NCBI RefSeq assembly: GCF_030144855.1
Contig: NC_082731.1
Coordinates: 23,498,001-23,562,000, forward strand
Length of the DNA stretch: 64,000 nucleotides
Reading direction: 5' to 3'
Source: Hypanus sabinus
Taxonomy: Eukaryota
Positions 1 to 13,500 of this stretch are shown piece by piece. The number at the start of each line of letters is the position of its first letter. Within the stretch, counting starts at the first letter, position 1. The notes under the pieces were generated by a model. That model was given only the letters and a program-made list of their open reading frames with translations. It was not told the DNA's origin and ran no database searches. The translations under genes were made by a program, and so were the position numbers.

Positions 1-158
1 CTCAGCAAGTTCACATTTTTCTATATTCATCCTATATGTTTGATAGGTTTGGCATCTCCAACATCTTCATCATGTGAAGCTATAGTAGTCGTTCTCGGGA
101 ACATCTGGAAACAACTCCATATATTTAAAAAATAATTCCTTCATCTTTTGCTTCTGCT

Positions 159-1450
159 CTAGCTGTAATCTAGCTGTGCTAATTTCTCATCAATATTTTC
201 CAGAATGGTTGAATGTGGTAACCTAACAGAAACAATGTTGGATTTAGAATGAAAGTCAGATGAATCTTCTATCATGTTCCTAGTTAAGTCAAACTCATTC
301 TCACTAAACAAAACAGTCACAGTATCAGATTGCTTCTCAAAATATGGTTTTATCATATTTATATGGCAAAGTTGTGTTGAGCTTCTACGATCTGGAGTTT
401 TTATCACGTAATCCACATCATTGATTTTTGACACAATTTCATAAGGACCATGAAATCTAGCTTGTAAAGGATTTGTCTGCACTGGGAAAAGTACCAACAC
501 CTTATCTCCAGGCTTAAACCTCCTCATCCTAGCTTCTTTATCATAGCAAGTCTTCACTTTCTCCTGAGTCGTCGTTAAATTTTCCTTGGTTAAGCTAGAA
601 GCTTTATGTACCCTTTCCTTAAATTTCAACACATAGTCGAACAAATTAGTGTGTACTTCCTTACTAATCCACTGTTATTTCAATAAAGCGAAATGTCCTC
701 TAATTCTATGCCCAAACACAAGTTCAAATAGACTAAAACCTAGATTCCTGTACCGATTCTCTTGCTGCAAATAAACTTAAGTTTATACATTCATCCCAGT
801 CACTTTCATTTTCCACACAATATGTCCTAATCATATTCGTGAGGGTAGAATGAAACCTCTCCAAGGCACCTTGCAACTCTGGATGGTATGCAGACGAAGT
901 GATTTGCTTAGATCCCAATTTATAAACTATCTGTTGAAACAATCCGGACATAAAATTACTGTCTTGATCAGTTTGTATTTCCTTAGGTAATCGAAAATAA
1001 GTAAAGAATTTTATAAGGGCTTTGTCACAGTTTTAGCGTTTATATTCCTAAGTGGTACTGCCTCTGGAAACCTAGACGAAGTACAAATGACAGTCAACAT
1101 ATACTGCTAACCAATTTTTGTCTTTGGTAATGGACCAACACAATCTACAATAACTTTTGAAAACGGTTCACCAAATGCTGGAATAGGTTGTAATGGAGCT
1201 ACTAGTGTAACCTTATTTGGTTTACCCACAACTTAACAAGTATGGCAAGTTTTACAAAACATCGCCACATTTTTACTTAAACCAGGCCAGTAAAAATGTT
1301 TTAAAATCTTGTCCAGAGTTTTCCTTACCCATTGATGTCCACCTAAAGACACACTATGAGCTAAAGTCAAAATCTCATTTCGATAAACTTTCGGGAAAAC
1401 TACCTGGTAAACAACATTCCAATCCTCACGTGCAGGAATTGTAGGCGATC
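159..1450 (-). pseudogene. Gypsy integrase, fragmented
   Basis: rve-like core in ORF 733-951; GPYEIVSKINDVDYVI in ORF 159-644. Confidence 0.85.
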
Positions 1451-1965
1451 ACCACTTGCTCAACAACACTCCTTTTTCCAAGTAATATCCTACTGGCACC
1501 TTCTCAATTTCACTACCAAGTAAAGCTTGCTCTCTTAATATTATAATCTCAGGGTCTCTATTCTGTTCTGCTATCATCGCCTTCCGAGACAGAGATAAAT
1601 CTTCATAGTCCAACTTACTCCCAGAATCTTGTTCAAGCAACGAAGATAAGAAAGTCTCTGACACATCCTCAAAACTCGAACCCTGAGTTAAACAGTCCTG
1701 AGTAACAACCTCATATTGCGCATCAATCTTTTTAGCCATAGCTCTAGTCACAACACAGGAAGAGTCTGTGTTAGAATTCAACTGACTCCATTGTCAAATG
1801 CACTTCAGGAAAAACTTGTCCACCTGCCAAGTCATTACCTAACAATAAAGAAATACCCTTCACAGTTAAGCTATGCTGTAATCCTACTTCAACAAATCCT
1901 GTAACTAACCCTGACTTTAAATTTTCCTTATGTAAATGGACAGGCATAAATTCACTCCCAACACC

Positions 1966-3348
1966 TCATATGTAATTTACCTCACCAGTATCAGACTCTT
2001 CATTAAACTTCAACACACTGTCTAACATCAGTGATTGAGAAGCTGCAGTATCCCTAAGGATTTTTATTGGCACCAGAGAAGATCCTTCTTTCAAGGATAC
2101 AAACCCTTCAGTTATAAAATGATCATATCCCTTTCTAACTTGGTCAGACTCTAAGAAAGTCTCATTTGAGTTTATCAAACCCTGTAGCTTTAAAAGTGCT
2201 TCAGTATGTTGCACACACGAATCTGGAACAGCTTCCTTCTCCTTCTTTTTCAATCTGAAACAGTTAGCGATTACATGGCCAGGCGTCTTACAATAGTTAC
2301 AAATAAGACCAAATTCTCTTTCCCTCACAGGTTTTCCTTCCTCCTTACCTTTCTCATTAACTTTTGATTTAATTTCTGACTTACCTTGATTCTCCATATT
2401 ATTTTTCCTCTTAACATTTCTGCCATGATGAAATTAATTCTTATGGATTAAAACATACTCATCAGCTAATCTAGCATAGTCCTGCAATTTATCACTTCCA
2501 TCTCATTTAAATAGGTCCTTACTTCAACAGGAATGCTTTTTTTAAATCGCTCCATTAACATCAGCACTCTCAATGTATCATAGTCCCCATTTGCATATTT
2601 AGAAGAAACCCATCTCTCAAAACACACAGCTTTATCATAGGCAAATTCCACATAAGTTTTTTTTTTTTCCCACAGACTTTTCAAACTTCTGAATCTTTCC
2701 CTATAAGCTTCTGGAACAAAGTCGTATGCTTTTAGAATATGCATTTTTCACAATATCATAATCAAGTTCTTGCACAACAGTTAAAGTTGTGTAAACTTGT
2801 TGTGCTTTACCTTTAATTGCAATCTGTAACAACACTGACCATTTATCTCTCGGCCACTCTGTCATCCGAGCAATAGTTTCAAAATGTTGAAAATATCTTT
2901 CCACTTCTGTTTCATTAAATGGAGGGACGAATTTAATGTCTCGACTAGCAACAAACGGTTTTCTAGAACTAGAAGACTGATTCCCAGACATTAATTCCGT
3001 CATTGCTTATTCAAATTCCCTCTTTTTTTGATCAGTTTCTAAATTACAACGCTCCAATGCTGCTTTACTTTGTTCCAACCTCATTTGTTCGATTTGCAAC
3101 TGCATCTCCAGATTACTTAAAGGAAACGACCCTAAAATCGATTCATCAAAATCACCCGAATTCACATAGTGTGACGCGATTTTTCTCTGAATAACAGCCT
3201 TAGATGTAGTCTGCAAAATACCATTAAGTTGCAAGTTACTCGCCATCTCAGACATCTCAGTCTTTCTCGCCTTCGCCAACAACTCCGCATCAGGCGAAAC
3301 CAGAAACTCATCAAAATTCATTGTTGCCGAAAACCACTCACAAGCCAA
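1966..3348 (-). pseudogene. Gypsy gag (SCAN-like domain, CCHC knuckle) and protease, frameshifted
   Basis: ORFs 3007-3348, 2701-3003, 2466-2744 (FVPEAYRERFR...LMLMERFKKSIPVEVRTYL), 1966-2397. Confidence 0.85.
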
Positions 3349-3427
3349 TCAAACAAGGGAATCGAGTAAACATCCGATCCAAAACACCGACTCAAAAGTT
3401 AGCAAGCATTTAAACTCAAACGATCCA

Positions 3428-3445
3428 ATCCAGATGCAGCCCCCA
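3428..3445 (-). promoter_or_regulatory. Primer-binding site, tRNA-Pro type
   Basis: Minus strand TGGGGGCTGCATCTGGAT, 6 nt after the LTR end; resembles the tRNA-Pro PBS TGGGGGCTCGTCCGGGAT. Confidence 0.7.
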
Positions 3446-3451
3446 TATTTA

Positions 3452-4329
3452 TGTTACGGATTCAGGCAACAATAAATATATGAGTTAGGCAAGGATTTAT
3501 ATACCAAGTAACACCTTTATTAAATACTGAAAACAAACCCGCCAAAAGTAAACAAACACTAACGTAACCGGAAATCAGCTGCTGTGCGGCAGATTAAACA
3601 GTTCTTAAAGCGATGCAGCTCAAATATTTCTTAAAGCGATGTTGCAAAGCCAGTTCTTTAAAGTAGTATTGCCAAAAGTTCGAAATGCTCACAGTTCATT
3701 GAAGGGAGATACTTTTTAAGACGATTTAAATTCTCTTTCACGTCGCTTTGCTTCAGTCCCCGAATTCGAACTCTTTCCCACAAAGACTTTACGAAACGTA
3801 ACCACTTAAAGGCACTGACCTTTCTTTTAACACACTGTCCTCAATCTTCTGCTATCCCGCAGAGAGTAACACGAGAACAGTCATCGAAAACCTTCCGAAT
3901 AAGGATAAAAAATGGTCTCACCCGTTTCACCGTCGAAAACCGATTTTCCTCGATCTTTAACCCCCGAACTCCACTCTTCACTCTCCACTGATTCTCAACT
4001 AGCAGTACAGTAAATAAACTGCTGGCAATGACTTTTTAAACCTTAGGCATTAGATAAAACTTCATCTTTCAACTAAACTGAGTCATCACATTAAATCACG
4101 CAGCGGCATGGAGACAACATGGCAAATCCAGCCACAATAGCCACCCCCCCCCCCCTTTACAGGGTGGGGTCTTCCTTTTATACCCTATAGAAAAAAACCT
4201 GTCACATGATCTCTATTGGCGGGAAAATGAAGTCACTCCACCATCACAAGGCCATTACCTCAAGTCCAGTATAACTTCAACCCCAGTCACATGTCAAGGG
4301 TACCACTGTCATGTCCCGAGTACGTAACA
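3452..4329 (-). repeat. 5' LTR of the Gmr1-like element (878 bp)
   Basis: Perfect 7-bp terminal inverted repeats TGTTACG (3452-3458) / CGTAACA (4323-4329); PBS immediately internal. Confidence 0.85.
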
Positions 4330-6720
4330 GAATACATAACTAATAGGTTGTAGAATAAATACAAATAGATGATTAACCATACATAATAAACTCCCAAACT
4401 CATAGTGATTACGAAAAAAGGGGTAAATAATAAAAAAACTCCAAAGAAAAAACTAACCATTATGAAAAATATACAATGCAACGTCAATAACTCCATACCT
4501 GTACATAAATAACTAAGGTTAATAAAAGTAACGTTTATGAACTGTCAACTTAATTCATATGAAAATGTTGAATAAATGGTATCCAAGTTTCTTCAAATTT
4601 AATTGAAGGGTCAAAAACAACTCCTCTAATTTTTTTCTAAAATTTAATAAGAATTAATTTGAGAAAACCACAAAAATATGGTTAGAGGATTAATTTATTT
4701 CCAATTTAATAGGATAGGTCTTCTAGCCATTAACGTAACAAAATGCAATTAACCGCCGAGCTGAGGGGGATAAACAACTATTATCCACCATTGGTAAACC
4801 AAAAATTGCAGTAATAGAATTTGACTGCAATTTAATATTGAGAACTTTTGAAATGATACCGAAAATATCGTTCCAATAATTCTTCAAACAAAGGGAATAC
4901 CAAAACATGTGGGCCAATGAAGCAACTTCAGAATGACATCTGTCACAGGACGGGTTAACATAAGAGTAAAATTGAACAGGTTTATCATTAGGCATATGAG
5001 CCCTATGTACAAACTTAAATTGCATTAAGGCATGTTCAGCACAAATAGAAGAAGAATCGACTAATTTTAAAATGTTCTCCCACTGCGCAGTGGTAGAAGA
5101 CAATGACATTCTGTTTCCCATTCCTTCTTAATTTTTCCTGATACTTCTGGCTGTCTTTTCATGATCATATTATAAATGTTGGCAACTAAACCCTTCAGGC
5201 AAGCATTCAGTGCTCTTTTTTTTCTTTCCGTAATGTCCATTGGACATAATTTCGGAAAAACATACTGCAACATGTTATTCAAGAACTTTCTAAATTGCAA
5301 GTTACAAAAAAAATGAGATTTAGGCAAATTATATTTATTAGATAGCTGTTCAAAGGACAGAATTATTGTCTAAAAAAAGGGCAGGAAAACATGTTATACC
5401 TTTTGTTTTCCATAATACAAAGGCATGATCCATAAATGAGGGCCGAAAATAAAGGTTAGGTATAATAGGGCTTGATAAGATAAACTTATTCAAGCCAACG
5501 AATTTACGAAATTGAAACCATATTCGTAATGTATGTCTAACTATAGGATTGGTTACATGTGTTTTCAATTACGATAAAAAAAGGAAGCGTAATCCTAAAA
5601 TACAAAACAATGAGAAGTCTTGTATAGATTTACATTCCAAACTTACCCATTGTGGCCAAGATACTACAATCGATTCTTGTATCCAAAGTATTAAATATCG
5701 AATATTAAACGCCCAATAGTAAAATCTCAAGTTTGGCAGAGACAAACCGTCCTCCTTCAGAGGCTTCTGTAAATAATTTTTAGTTAATATAGGATTTTTC
5801 TTCTGCCACACATACGAGGATATTTTGGAGTCAATAATGTCAAAAACAGATTTAGGAATAAAAATTGGTAATGCTAGGTATGAATATAAGAAATTGGCTA
5901 AGACTATCATTTTAATAGCATTAATTCGAACAACCAATGGCAAAAATATTGAATTTAGTCCTATGTCTGGAGCAGATATCTTGGGGTCTCGCCATATAGC
6001 CTGAAACAATGGCTCGAGCACTTGTGTGAAAAGTTGTACCGATGAAGGGCAGCCCTGCCGGCTGCCCCTCAGAATACTAAAATTATCGGACCTAATCTCA
6101 TTAGTGAGAACTGCAGCCAAAGGGCCATTATATACAACCGTCACCCAATTAGGAAAATTATTGCCCAAACCAAATCGTTCTGATGTAAAAAATACTACTG
6201 CCATTCGACACAATCAATGGCCTTTTCTGCATCTAAGGAAACAATCAAGCCTGTTGCGGACATGCCTGAATCTCAGTAAGTAATATTCTGATATTGTTAG
6301 ATGATCTACGGCCTTTTACAATACCCTTTTGATCATCTTCAATGACAAAAGATAAAACAATTTCTGATCGCACGCTAAGGTTTCAGGTAAGAGTTTTAAG
6401 TTAGCATTTAAAAATGAAATAGGCCTGTAGGAGGCACAATCATCAGGGGTCTGACCTGTCTTTAGGATTAGGTAGAAATTAGCTTCTCTCAATAATGGTG
6501 GGAGCAGACCACAATTAAATCCATGATTGAACAATTTTAGCTTAGGCTCTGATAATAACTCTGTCATATCTTTATAGAATTTATTTATGAGTGCATCAGG
6601 ACAAGGAGTCTTCCCACTTTGCAGCTGTCTCACAGCTTCCTGTATACCATGTATAGATAACGGTGCATTAAGAAACAATCGTTGTTCAGAAAATGTCAAT
6701 TTTATTTTAGCTGCCTGTAT
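4330..6720 (-). mobile_element. L1-clade LINE 3' fragment (RT C-terminal part, zinc finger, 3' UTR), internally deleted; the LTR element abuts its 3' UTR
   Basis: ILRGSRQGCP, RINAIKMIVL, CDRCHSEVASLAHMFW; 3' UTR similar to the copy at 46.3-46.6 kb. Confidence 0.85.
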
Positions 6721-7164
6721 AAGTGAGGAGTTTAGTGTACAGCGTAGGGCTGTGATATCTTAAAATTTGGCTGCACACGGGTTCTTAACAGAATCTTTTT
6801 CAGCTGCCGCAAGCCTTGGTTCCTTTAGGCGCTGTTATTCTGCGGTTGGTCGGTTCTTAAAGACTGACCTTGTTAACATTCCCGACAATGACAGCAATTA
6901 AAACATTAAAAATGGTTCGACGGACATCAAGACCGGTGTTTATTTCACCGCCAGATGTACCTTAAGTCAGTCTGCAGAGTTCAGTGCTTGGATAGACAAA
7001 GGAAGTTATGATTTTTAGCCATTAGTGAGACTTATTTGCAGAATTGACATGAATAACAACTCAGTGTCCCGCCCTTCCTTTGCTTTGGACGCGACAGAAG
7101 AGGACGGATTAAATATAAACAATTGTGTTACCAGTCAATGAAAGGTCGTGACAAAGTTCAGTCG

Positions 7165-8000
7165 GCGGTCCCATAAGCCATCGGCGCAGGACAGTAGCTT
7201 TGCGCCGTCGAATGCAGTCCTCTCGTCATCCTACGTCATCTTCTGCTACCGCTGACATCTCCATGCATCTCATGTGCCCACTTTGGGTTTTCATTGCACA
7301 CAACTCACCAATGTGAGTCGTTACGGCTGGACGGAGAATTCCGAAAGGCATGACCACATCAATTGGTCTATATAACGAATCACTCAATAATCAGAGACGT
7401 AAAGGAGGAATTTTGTCGAGAGGTCACAGAAAGATGAAAGAAACTATGAGGTTGTTAGACCGGTGATATTAACTTACCACATATTGTTCTGGACTCCAAT
7501 GCGGTAGAAGGTCTCGATGAGGTAAAGTTTGTCAAATGTGTTCGGGAAAGATTCCTTTATCGCTACGCAGAAACACAAATGAGATTTTGTGCGATAGTTG
7601 ATGTCCCGAAAAGTCTCTTGTATATGCTGCCGGTTCTAACTGCAGAAGCATCGATTGCAGTCAACGTCTTGATGCCAAACTTACCATTTTCATGAGGGAT
7701 TGTCAGTCCTTCCTGATTAGTTAGTCCTCAACCAAAAGTATTTCTGCTATCTTAATGTGTATAAACTTATAATCCAGTTCTAACCTATGGTGTGATTTTT
7801 TTTCCCGTTGATCACCTTATTATTTTCATGCCTTACTCCAAAGCTTTATATACAGGCGGTCCCAAAAAGCCATCGGCGCAGGACAGCAGCTTTGCGTCGT
7901 CAAATACAATTTTCTGTTCGTTAGCTATGTCACCTTCTGCTACCGCAGACGTATCCATACACCTCATGTGCTCACCTTGGGTTGCCACAGCACGCCCATC
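7165..8000. repeat. Two diverged direct copies of a ~140-bp unit (about 7165-7310 and 7855-8000), origin unknown
   Basis: Shared GGCGGTCCC..AAGCCATCGGCGCAGGACAG.AGCTTTGCG.CGTC, TTCTGCTACCGC.GAC, CTCATGTGC. Confidence 0.85.
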
Positions 8001-8542
8001 AACCGGAAATTCGCTGCTTTGTATGCATAGTAGATCTAGCCGCACTGAGACCCGCATCATCTTTGAACCGCATAAACAGAAATGTGAGCGCTCTTTGCTG
8101 TTTTTTGCACGTACTTATCCGTTATTTCATTAGGATCATGGCGACTTTCCGGGACAAACGGGGAAATTTGAAAGATATGCGGTAGCTTTTTCCACGATTT
8201 GAGAAGCCCTGATTCTTTTTCCCCCACATTCCCCTGGTAACCATCAGGCAAGAATTTTTTCCTCAATTGTCTCCTGTTCAGAAATTGTTTTCTCATGGTT
8301 AATCAACACAGAATTGACCGCTCTATGCTGTGATGCGTGAGGACAAATATTGTTTTGCTGTATGAGTACTTTTTTAGTTGGCATCCAATAGAGGCCATGC
8401 CCAATGACTCCATTCCGGGTCAGTCGTATTAAAATAGCCGGGATCTAAGGGCAACAATTCTTCTCCTTCCCCAACGTCAACAGAATATTTGGACGTACGA
8501 CGTTCAGATTGGAGTCGCGTTTACCAATAATTCATATCCAAC

Positions 8543-8750
8543 AGGTGGCATAGTGTCGGAATTCGAGGCGAGAGGTTGCGTGTTCGAATCCGGCCGACTG
8601 CCTTGCAGCTTTCCATCCGTGTTGGGTTGAGTGTCGAGCTAGCAACTCGACATCTTAATAAAGAAACGCCAAAAAACGCCGGATGATTGGCAAACACCAA
8701 ATAATCGGTGCAAAAGGCTTGCCATGACGGTATTCCGGTTACTTCTCCAA
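8543..8750 (+). mobile_element. tRNA-derived SINE
   Basis: A-box-like TGGCATAGTGTCGG at ~8546 and B-box GTTCGAATCC at 8582-8591, followed by a non-tRNA body. Confidence 0.65.
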
Positions 8751-10569
8751 GAGGAGTTACGTGCTGCCCTTACGTGTACCCGCTGCTCTGTTTTTCAGAT
8801 GAAGCCTTTTTCTCTATTTCTTACAGGATAGATAGTGGCACAACAAAATATGGTCTCCTAAAGGAAATCAACCGTCAATAGGAACACACGACACTAAAGC
8901 AGCAGGAAGCTAATTCCAAACAACTCTTCCGATCACAACAGCAATCTACCTCCTAGATCTCAGTCCAACAATGCAGTATACGAACGCTTCAACAGATCTG
9001 CAACGCGATGGTGCAACTTCTTGTCATAGTGCATTTTACACTTCGAACTCCCGCCATCTCTATATTACCAAGTACAGAGCCAAGACAAACCTCCTCAGCT
9101 CTCTCCTACCTTGGCGACGGTGTCGTCGTCAGCTTTAATTGGGTAATTGAAATCGTCATTTGCAATAAATATTACTAACACGCTGCTAAGTTACGTTCGC
9201 TCATCGACCATCAAGGAAGTGGAGAGTGATTAGCATACCAGATACTTTGCCTGATTGATTCATGTTCGGTTCTAATGGCGTCCTCGATTTTAGGATTCGC
9301 CTATTAGCATCAGGATATATCAGGACTTTTGTGCGATTTGCATAGACGTTGGAAGCCCGAAAAACACGAAGGATTATAAGCACTAGCCATCATAATTTAC
9401 AACTTGCTGATGGTACGACCATCTCCAATATCTTCCAGAAAGCTTGTTCCATTCCCAGAAATATTCTGCGCGGTAGGATACTCATCATCAAGGCGTATAG
9501 AACCAGCGCTTCTCCTAGGAAATCGCTCATTGCCCAGACCCATTCATCTCCCTCCCCAAGAGTATGATGGAATAGTGGCGTAATGTAATTTGGCCTTAAT
9601 GTGCACCCTTCGATCACCCACAAATCCATTTTCTACACCGTCCAGTAGAAGGCACAAGCAACTGGAGACGACTGGCCTTCTTTGTCCTACCAGTAACTTA
9701 ACTTGATTCTCATACTCTGTATTCCTCCACACCTCGACTGCTATACGTGTATAGAAGGCTACAATGGAGTACATGCAGTAGGAAACATTGAGGAAAGGTC
9801 ACACTGTCTGCACATTCGAATCCTCATCCGGCTGATCTCGAACACCGAGTCACCCTTCTCACCGATGAACTGGGGAAACCATCGGTCTGCAATTTCGTTT
9901 GACTTCGGACGAAATATCCCACGACCTTACCAAATTTCCACAGCAATACACTTTCTTAGCCATTGCCCTCAGTAAAATTGAAGTCTGCATTCTACTCCCT
10001 CACAGCCCGCATCTCCTGCAAATCAACCCTCTCCGATTGCGTCCGTTATACATCGCTCACCCTGAGAATCGAGCCTTGAATGATTATATCTCAGATGCGG
10101 CACTGAATACCTGCATTCAAACATCCCAGTACTCAGCCCGCTGAAGAGTGTTTATGTGAATGAAGAGTAAATACATTCTGGTGTTCTTCCATGCATTCAC
10201 TACTGTAGAATTTACACAATTTAGAATTTTAAATACGGAATTTTGAATTCACGTTCGAAGAATGTCAAACTCTCCACTAGATAGATAGTGCTTTAAAAAC
10301 TCTCCCAGGAATAGGATCTCCATCAAACTGGATCGACAGACCGTTAGCGAGTTGAGCAGAAGACGGCGTTCATAACACCGCCCGCTCCAAGGAACACTCG
10401 GTGATTCATATTGGATTTCACTGTTATTGTATCAAAAGGAAATCTAAGTAAAGAGAAGGGAGCAAAAAAAGCTCTATACTTGGTCTTTTTTTCATGGGGC
10501 GGCGATTTGACCTTTGCTGCACATGCTTTTAATTTCATTTAACACGTGATCTGTTATGTAACTATAGAA

Positions 10570-13500
10570 AGAACGTTTATTTTCATTTTTAGAGTCTTTT
10601 TTCTTGGTACATAATCTAGTACAGCTATAACATAATACCAAACATCAACAAATTGACATGTATACAATAAAGCTGAAGAAACAAAAATCTGATCGTAATA
10701 AGGAAAATGAAAAAAAAAAAAATATATATATGTAAGGAACTGAAGTGAAAAAAGAGCCCCAACTAGCTGAGAACAAAAAAGTCAATAACTACAAAAAAAG
10801 AAAACAAACAAGTTACATTAGGAATCAACCCCCGGAGCAATACCTNNNNNNNNNNNNNNNNNNNNNNNNNNNNNNNNNNNNNNNNNNNNNNNNNNNNNNN
10901 NNNNNNNNNNNNNNNNNNNNNNNNNNNNNNNNNNNNNNNNNNNNNNNNNNNNNNNNNNNNNNNNNNNNNNNNNNNNNNNNNNNNNNNNNNNNNNNNNNNN
11001 NNNNNNNNNNNNNNNNNNNACGAAAAATAATCATCAACCACCAATTCTTGTTTATACAGAATAAGATTGAAAGGAAACCATATAAAATAGTTCAAATCAA
11101 ATCATTATATTTGGCAAAATAGCCCCATCTTCTCTCAAAATCTAACCGGGGATCAAAAGTACTTCTTCTAATATTTGTTTCCAAACTGAAACATTACATT
11201 GCTTGAGAGAAGCTGTCAATTAATTCAGGGAGAGATGCATCTTCCTATTTTAATGAAACAGCCATTCTTGCCAATAATATAACAAATGCAATGACATGTT
11301 GATCTGAAAATGAAATACCCAGGATATGATGCGTGACTATTCCAAATAGAACAGTCCGTCAATTAGGTTGTAATTTAATTTTCAGAGCTATAAATATTGT
11401 GGAAAATAAAGATTTCAAAAACGATTTTAATAAAGACCATGAATAAGACTTCTGTGACAAAGTAGCTGCATCAGTTTTACACCTATCGCTGTAGTTGCCT
11501 ACACTAGGAAATATTTTATAGAGGCTCTCCTTTCTTCAATAATAACGGTGAACAATTTTAAACTACATTAAACAGTGATTGTCACATTTAGAAGAACAAT
11601 TTATTTTTTTCAAAACTCGCATCCAATCTTCATTAACAAAGGTCATATTAAGTTTTCTCTCCCAGTCTTGTTTAATCTTTTGTGAGAGGTTCACATTTTG
11701 TAATAAAAATAATTTATAAATTCTACTGCCGGATGCTCTCACTAAAGAGTTCATCTTCAAAATGGTATCCCACAAATTAGATTCTTCCAAATATGCATAC
11801 TTAGATAAATAGTGCTGTAAAACATGTCTAACCTCAAAATATTGCTGAAAATCTGAATGGGCAAGAGCATATTTATTAATTAAGTCTTCAAAAGTCATCA
11901 ATCGGCCATCACAAAATAAACCTATAAAAGAACGGATCCCTTTATTTCTCCATAGGAAAAAATGTGATTGCTTATTGAATGTTTAAATACAAAGTTTCGA
12001 TATGAAGAACTAGATAACTTAATTTGTTTAAGATTTAAAAATTGCGAAACTGAAATCAAATCTGTTAGGACTGTTTAATAACAGGAGCAAGATTTAAATT
12101 TGGAAATTTAAAGTGCTGTAAACGTAATGCAGCTCCTACTATTGGTTAAATGAAATTGTTTAATTCAAATCAACCCAAACTGGTTTTCTGGCTCTTGCAA
12201 AAGCATCATTCTCTGATATTAACAGCCGAATAATGCAGTCTTAATTATGAAGTTCAAGTCCACCATCTTTTTTAGATTTTTGTAAATGATACTTGTTATT
12301 GGTCTTTTATGGTTCCAAATAAAGGAAGAAATAAGAGAGTCTGTTTGATCAAATATTTTTAGTTAAAAAGATAGGTATATTTTGGAAAATACATAAAAAT
12401 CTTAGTCAATCATTATTTTTACAGTATGTATACGACCTATTAAAGAGGGATTAAGAGGATTTCATCTAGAAAGTACTTGTTTCATGGTCCATTAAAGTAA
12501 CTATATGAGCTTGATAAAGATCTTTATATTTTTTCGCAATTATAATAACTAAATATATAAAGTAATTGACAATTCTCAAAGGAATTTCATTATATATAAA
12601 AACAGGGGAATTTAATGGAAACAATTCACTTTTAATCAAGATAAGTATATATCATTACAATTATTTATTCAATTTATTCAAGTTAAGTATATATCATTAC
12701 AATATCATTACAATTTAGCAAAACTAGGAATTGATTCCTCAGAAATCGAAATAAAAAGCAAAACATCATCTGCATAAAAAAATGTTATGTATAATTCCAT
12801 ACATAGAAATAGCATGAATATTTTTAGATTCACGCAGTGTTATGGCCAAAGGATCCAATACATGATTAAATAATAAAGGGCTTAATGGACATCCCTGTCT
12901 AGTACCACGTGAAAGTGAAGAAAAGAAGACCTGAAATTATTACTAAAAACCATGGCAATGCGATGCTTATAAATCATTTCAATTCACCTATTGAAATTAT
13001 TACAAGAAAACAATTCTTCAAGTAATTTAAAATGTATGACACCTCAGCTCCATCAAATGCATTTTCTGCGTCGAGACAGATAACAAATTGAATTTGCTTA
13101 GCTAATGGCGAATATAAAATGTTCATCAATCTCTGAACATTGGAGAAAGAAAACGGCCTTTACTAAAGCCAGTTTGATCCACAGAGATGATTTTAGTTAA
13201 TATTTTCCAAACGGGTAGTCATATTTTAGAGATAATTTCTGCATCCGCATTTAATAGCGAAATAGTTCTCCATGATGACCAATCAGTAGGATCTCTATCT
13301 TTCTTAAGAATTAAGGCAATAGATGCTTCATAAAATGAATAAGGTAAACTAGCCTTCTTTATGGATTCATTAAATATTACCAAAAGATACGGAGAATGTA
13401 ATCTTGCAATTTTTTGGTAAAATCCTACTGAATAACCATCAAGTCCTGGAGCTTTGACTGATTGAATTAATAAAATAGCTTTCTGAATGTCATGCTCCGT

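Larger units (their letters stand above)
1..4329 (-). mobile_element. Gmr1-like Ty3/Gypsy LTR retrotransposon, decayed; 5' LTR-gag-PR-INT-start of RT, continuing beyond the window start
   Basis: Minus-strand ORF pieces in order: gag 3348-2466, zinc knuckle CNYCKTPGHVIANC and protease LRDTAASQSL (2397-1966), integrase HH motif near 1400-1340, core (SAYHPELQGALERFHSTL, 951-733), GPY/F module (644-159), then RT N-terminus-like LFPDVP...HDEDVGDAKPIK at bases ~115-40. Confidence 0.9.

Noticed and set aside
8543-8620. Possible tRNA gene
   Set aside because: Has A and B boxes but no complete cloverleaf and continues into a SINE-like body.
6800-10560. Short ORFs, including a TGVYFTAR motif near 6935 and a PP2C-like ADGLWD motif near 7180
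   Set aside because: No supporting domain context; much of 9.2-10.5 kb looks like unclassifiable decayed LINE sequence.
10745-11122. ORFs spanning N runs (also 32812-33336 and 54169-54558)
   Set aside because: Open only because of assembly gaps.
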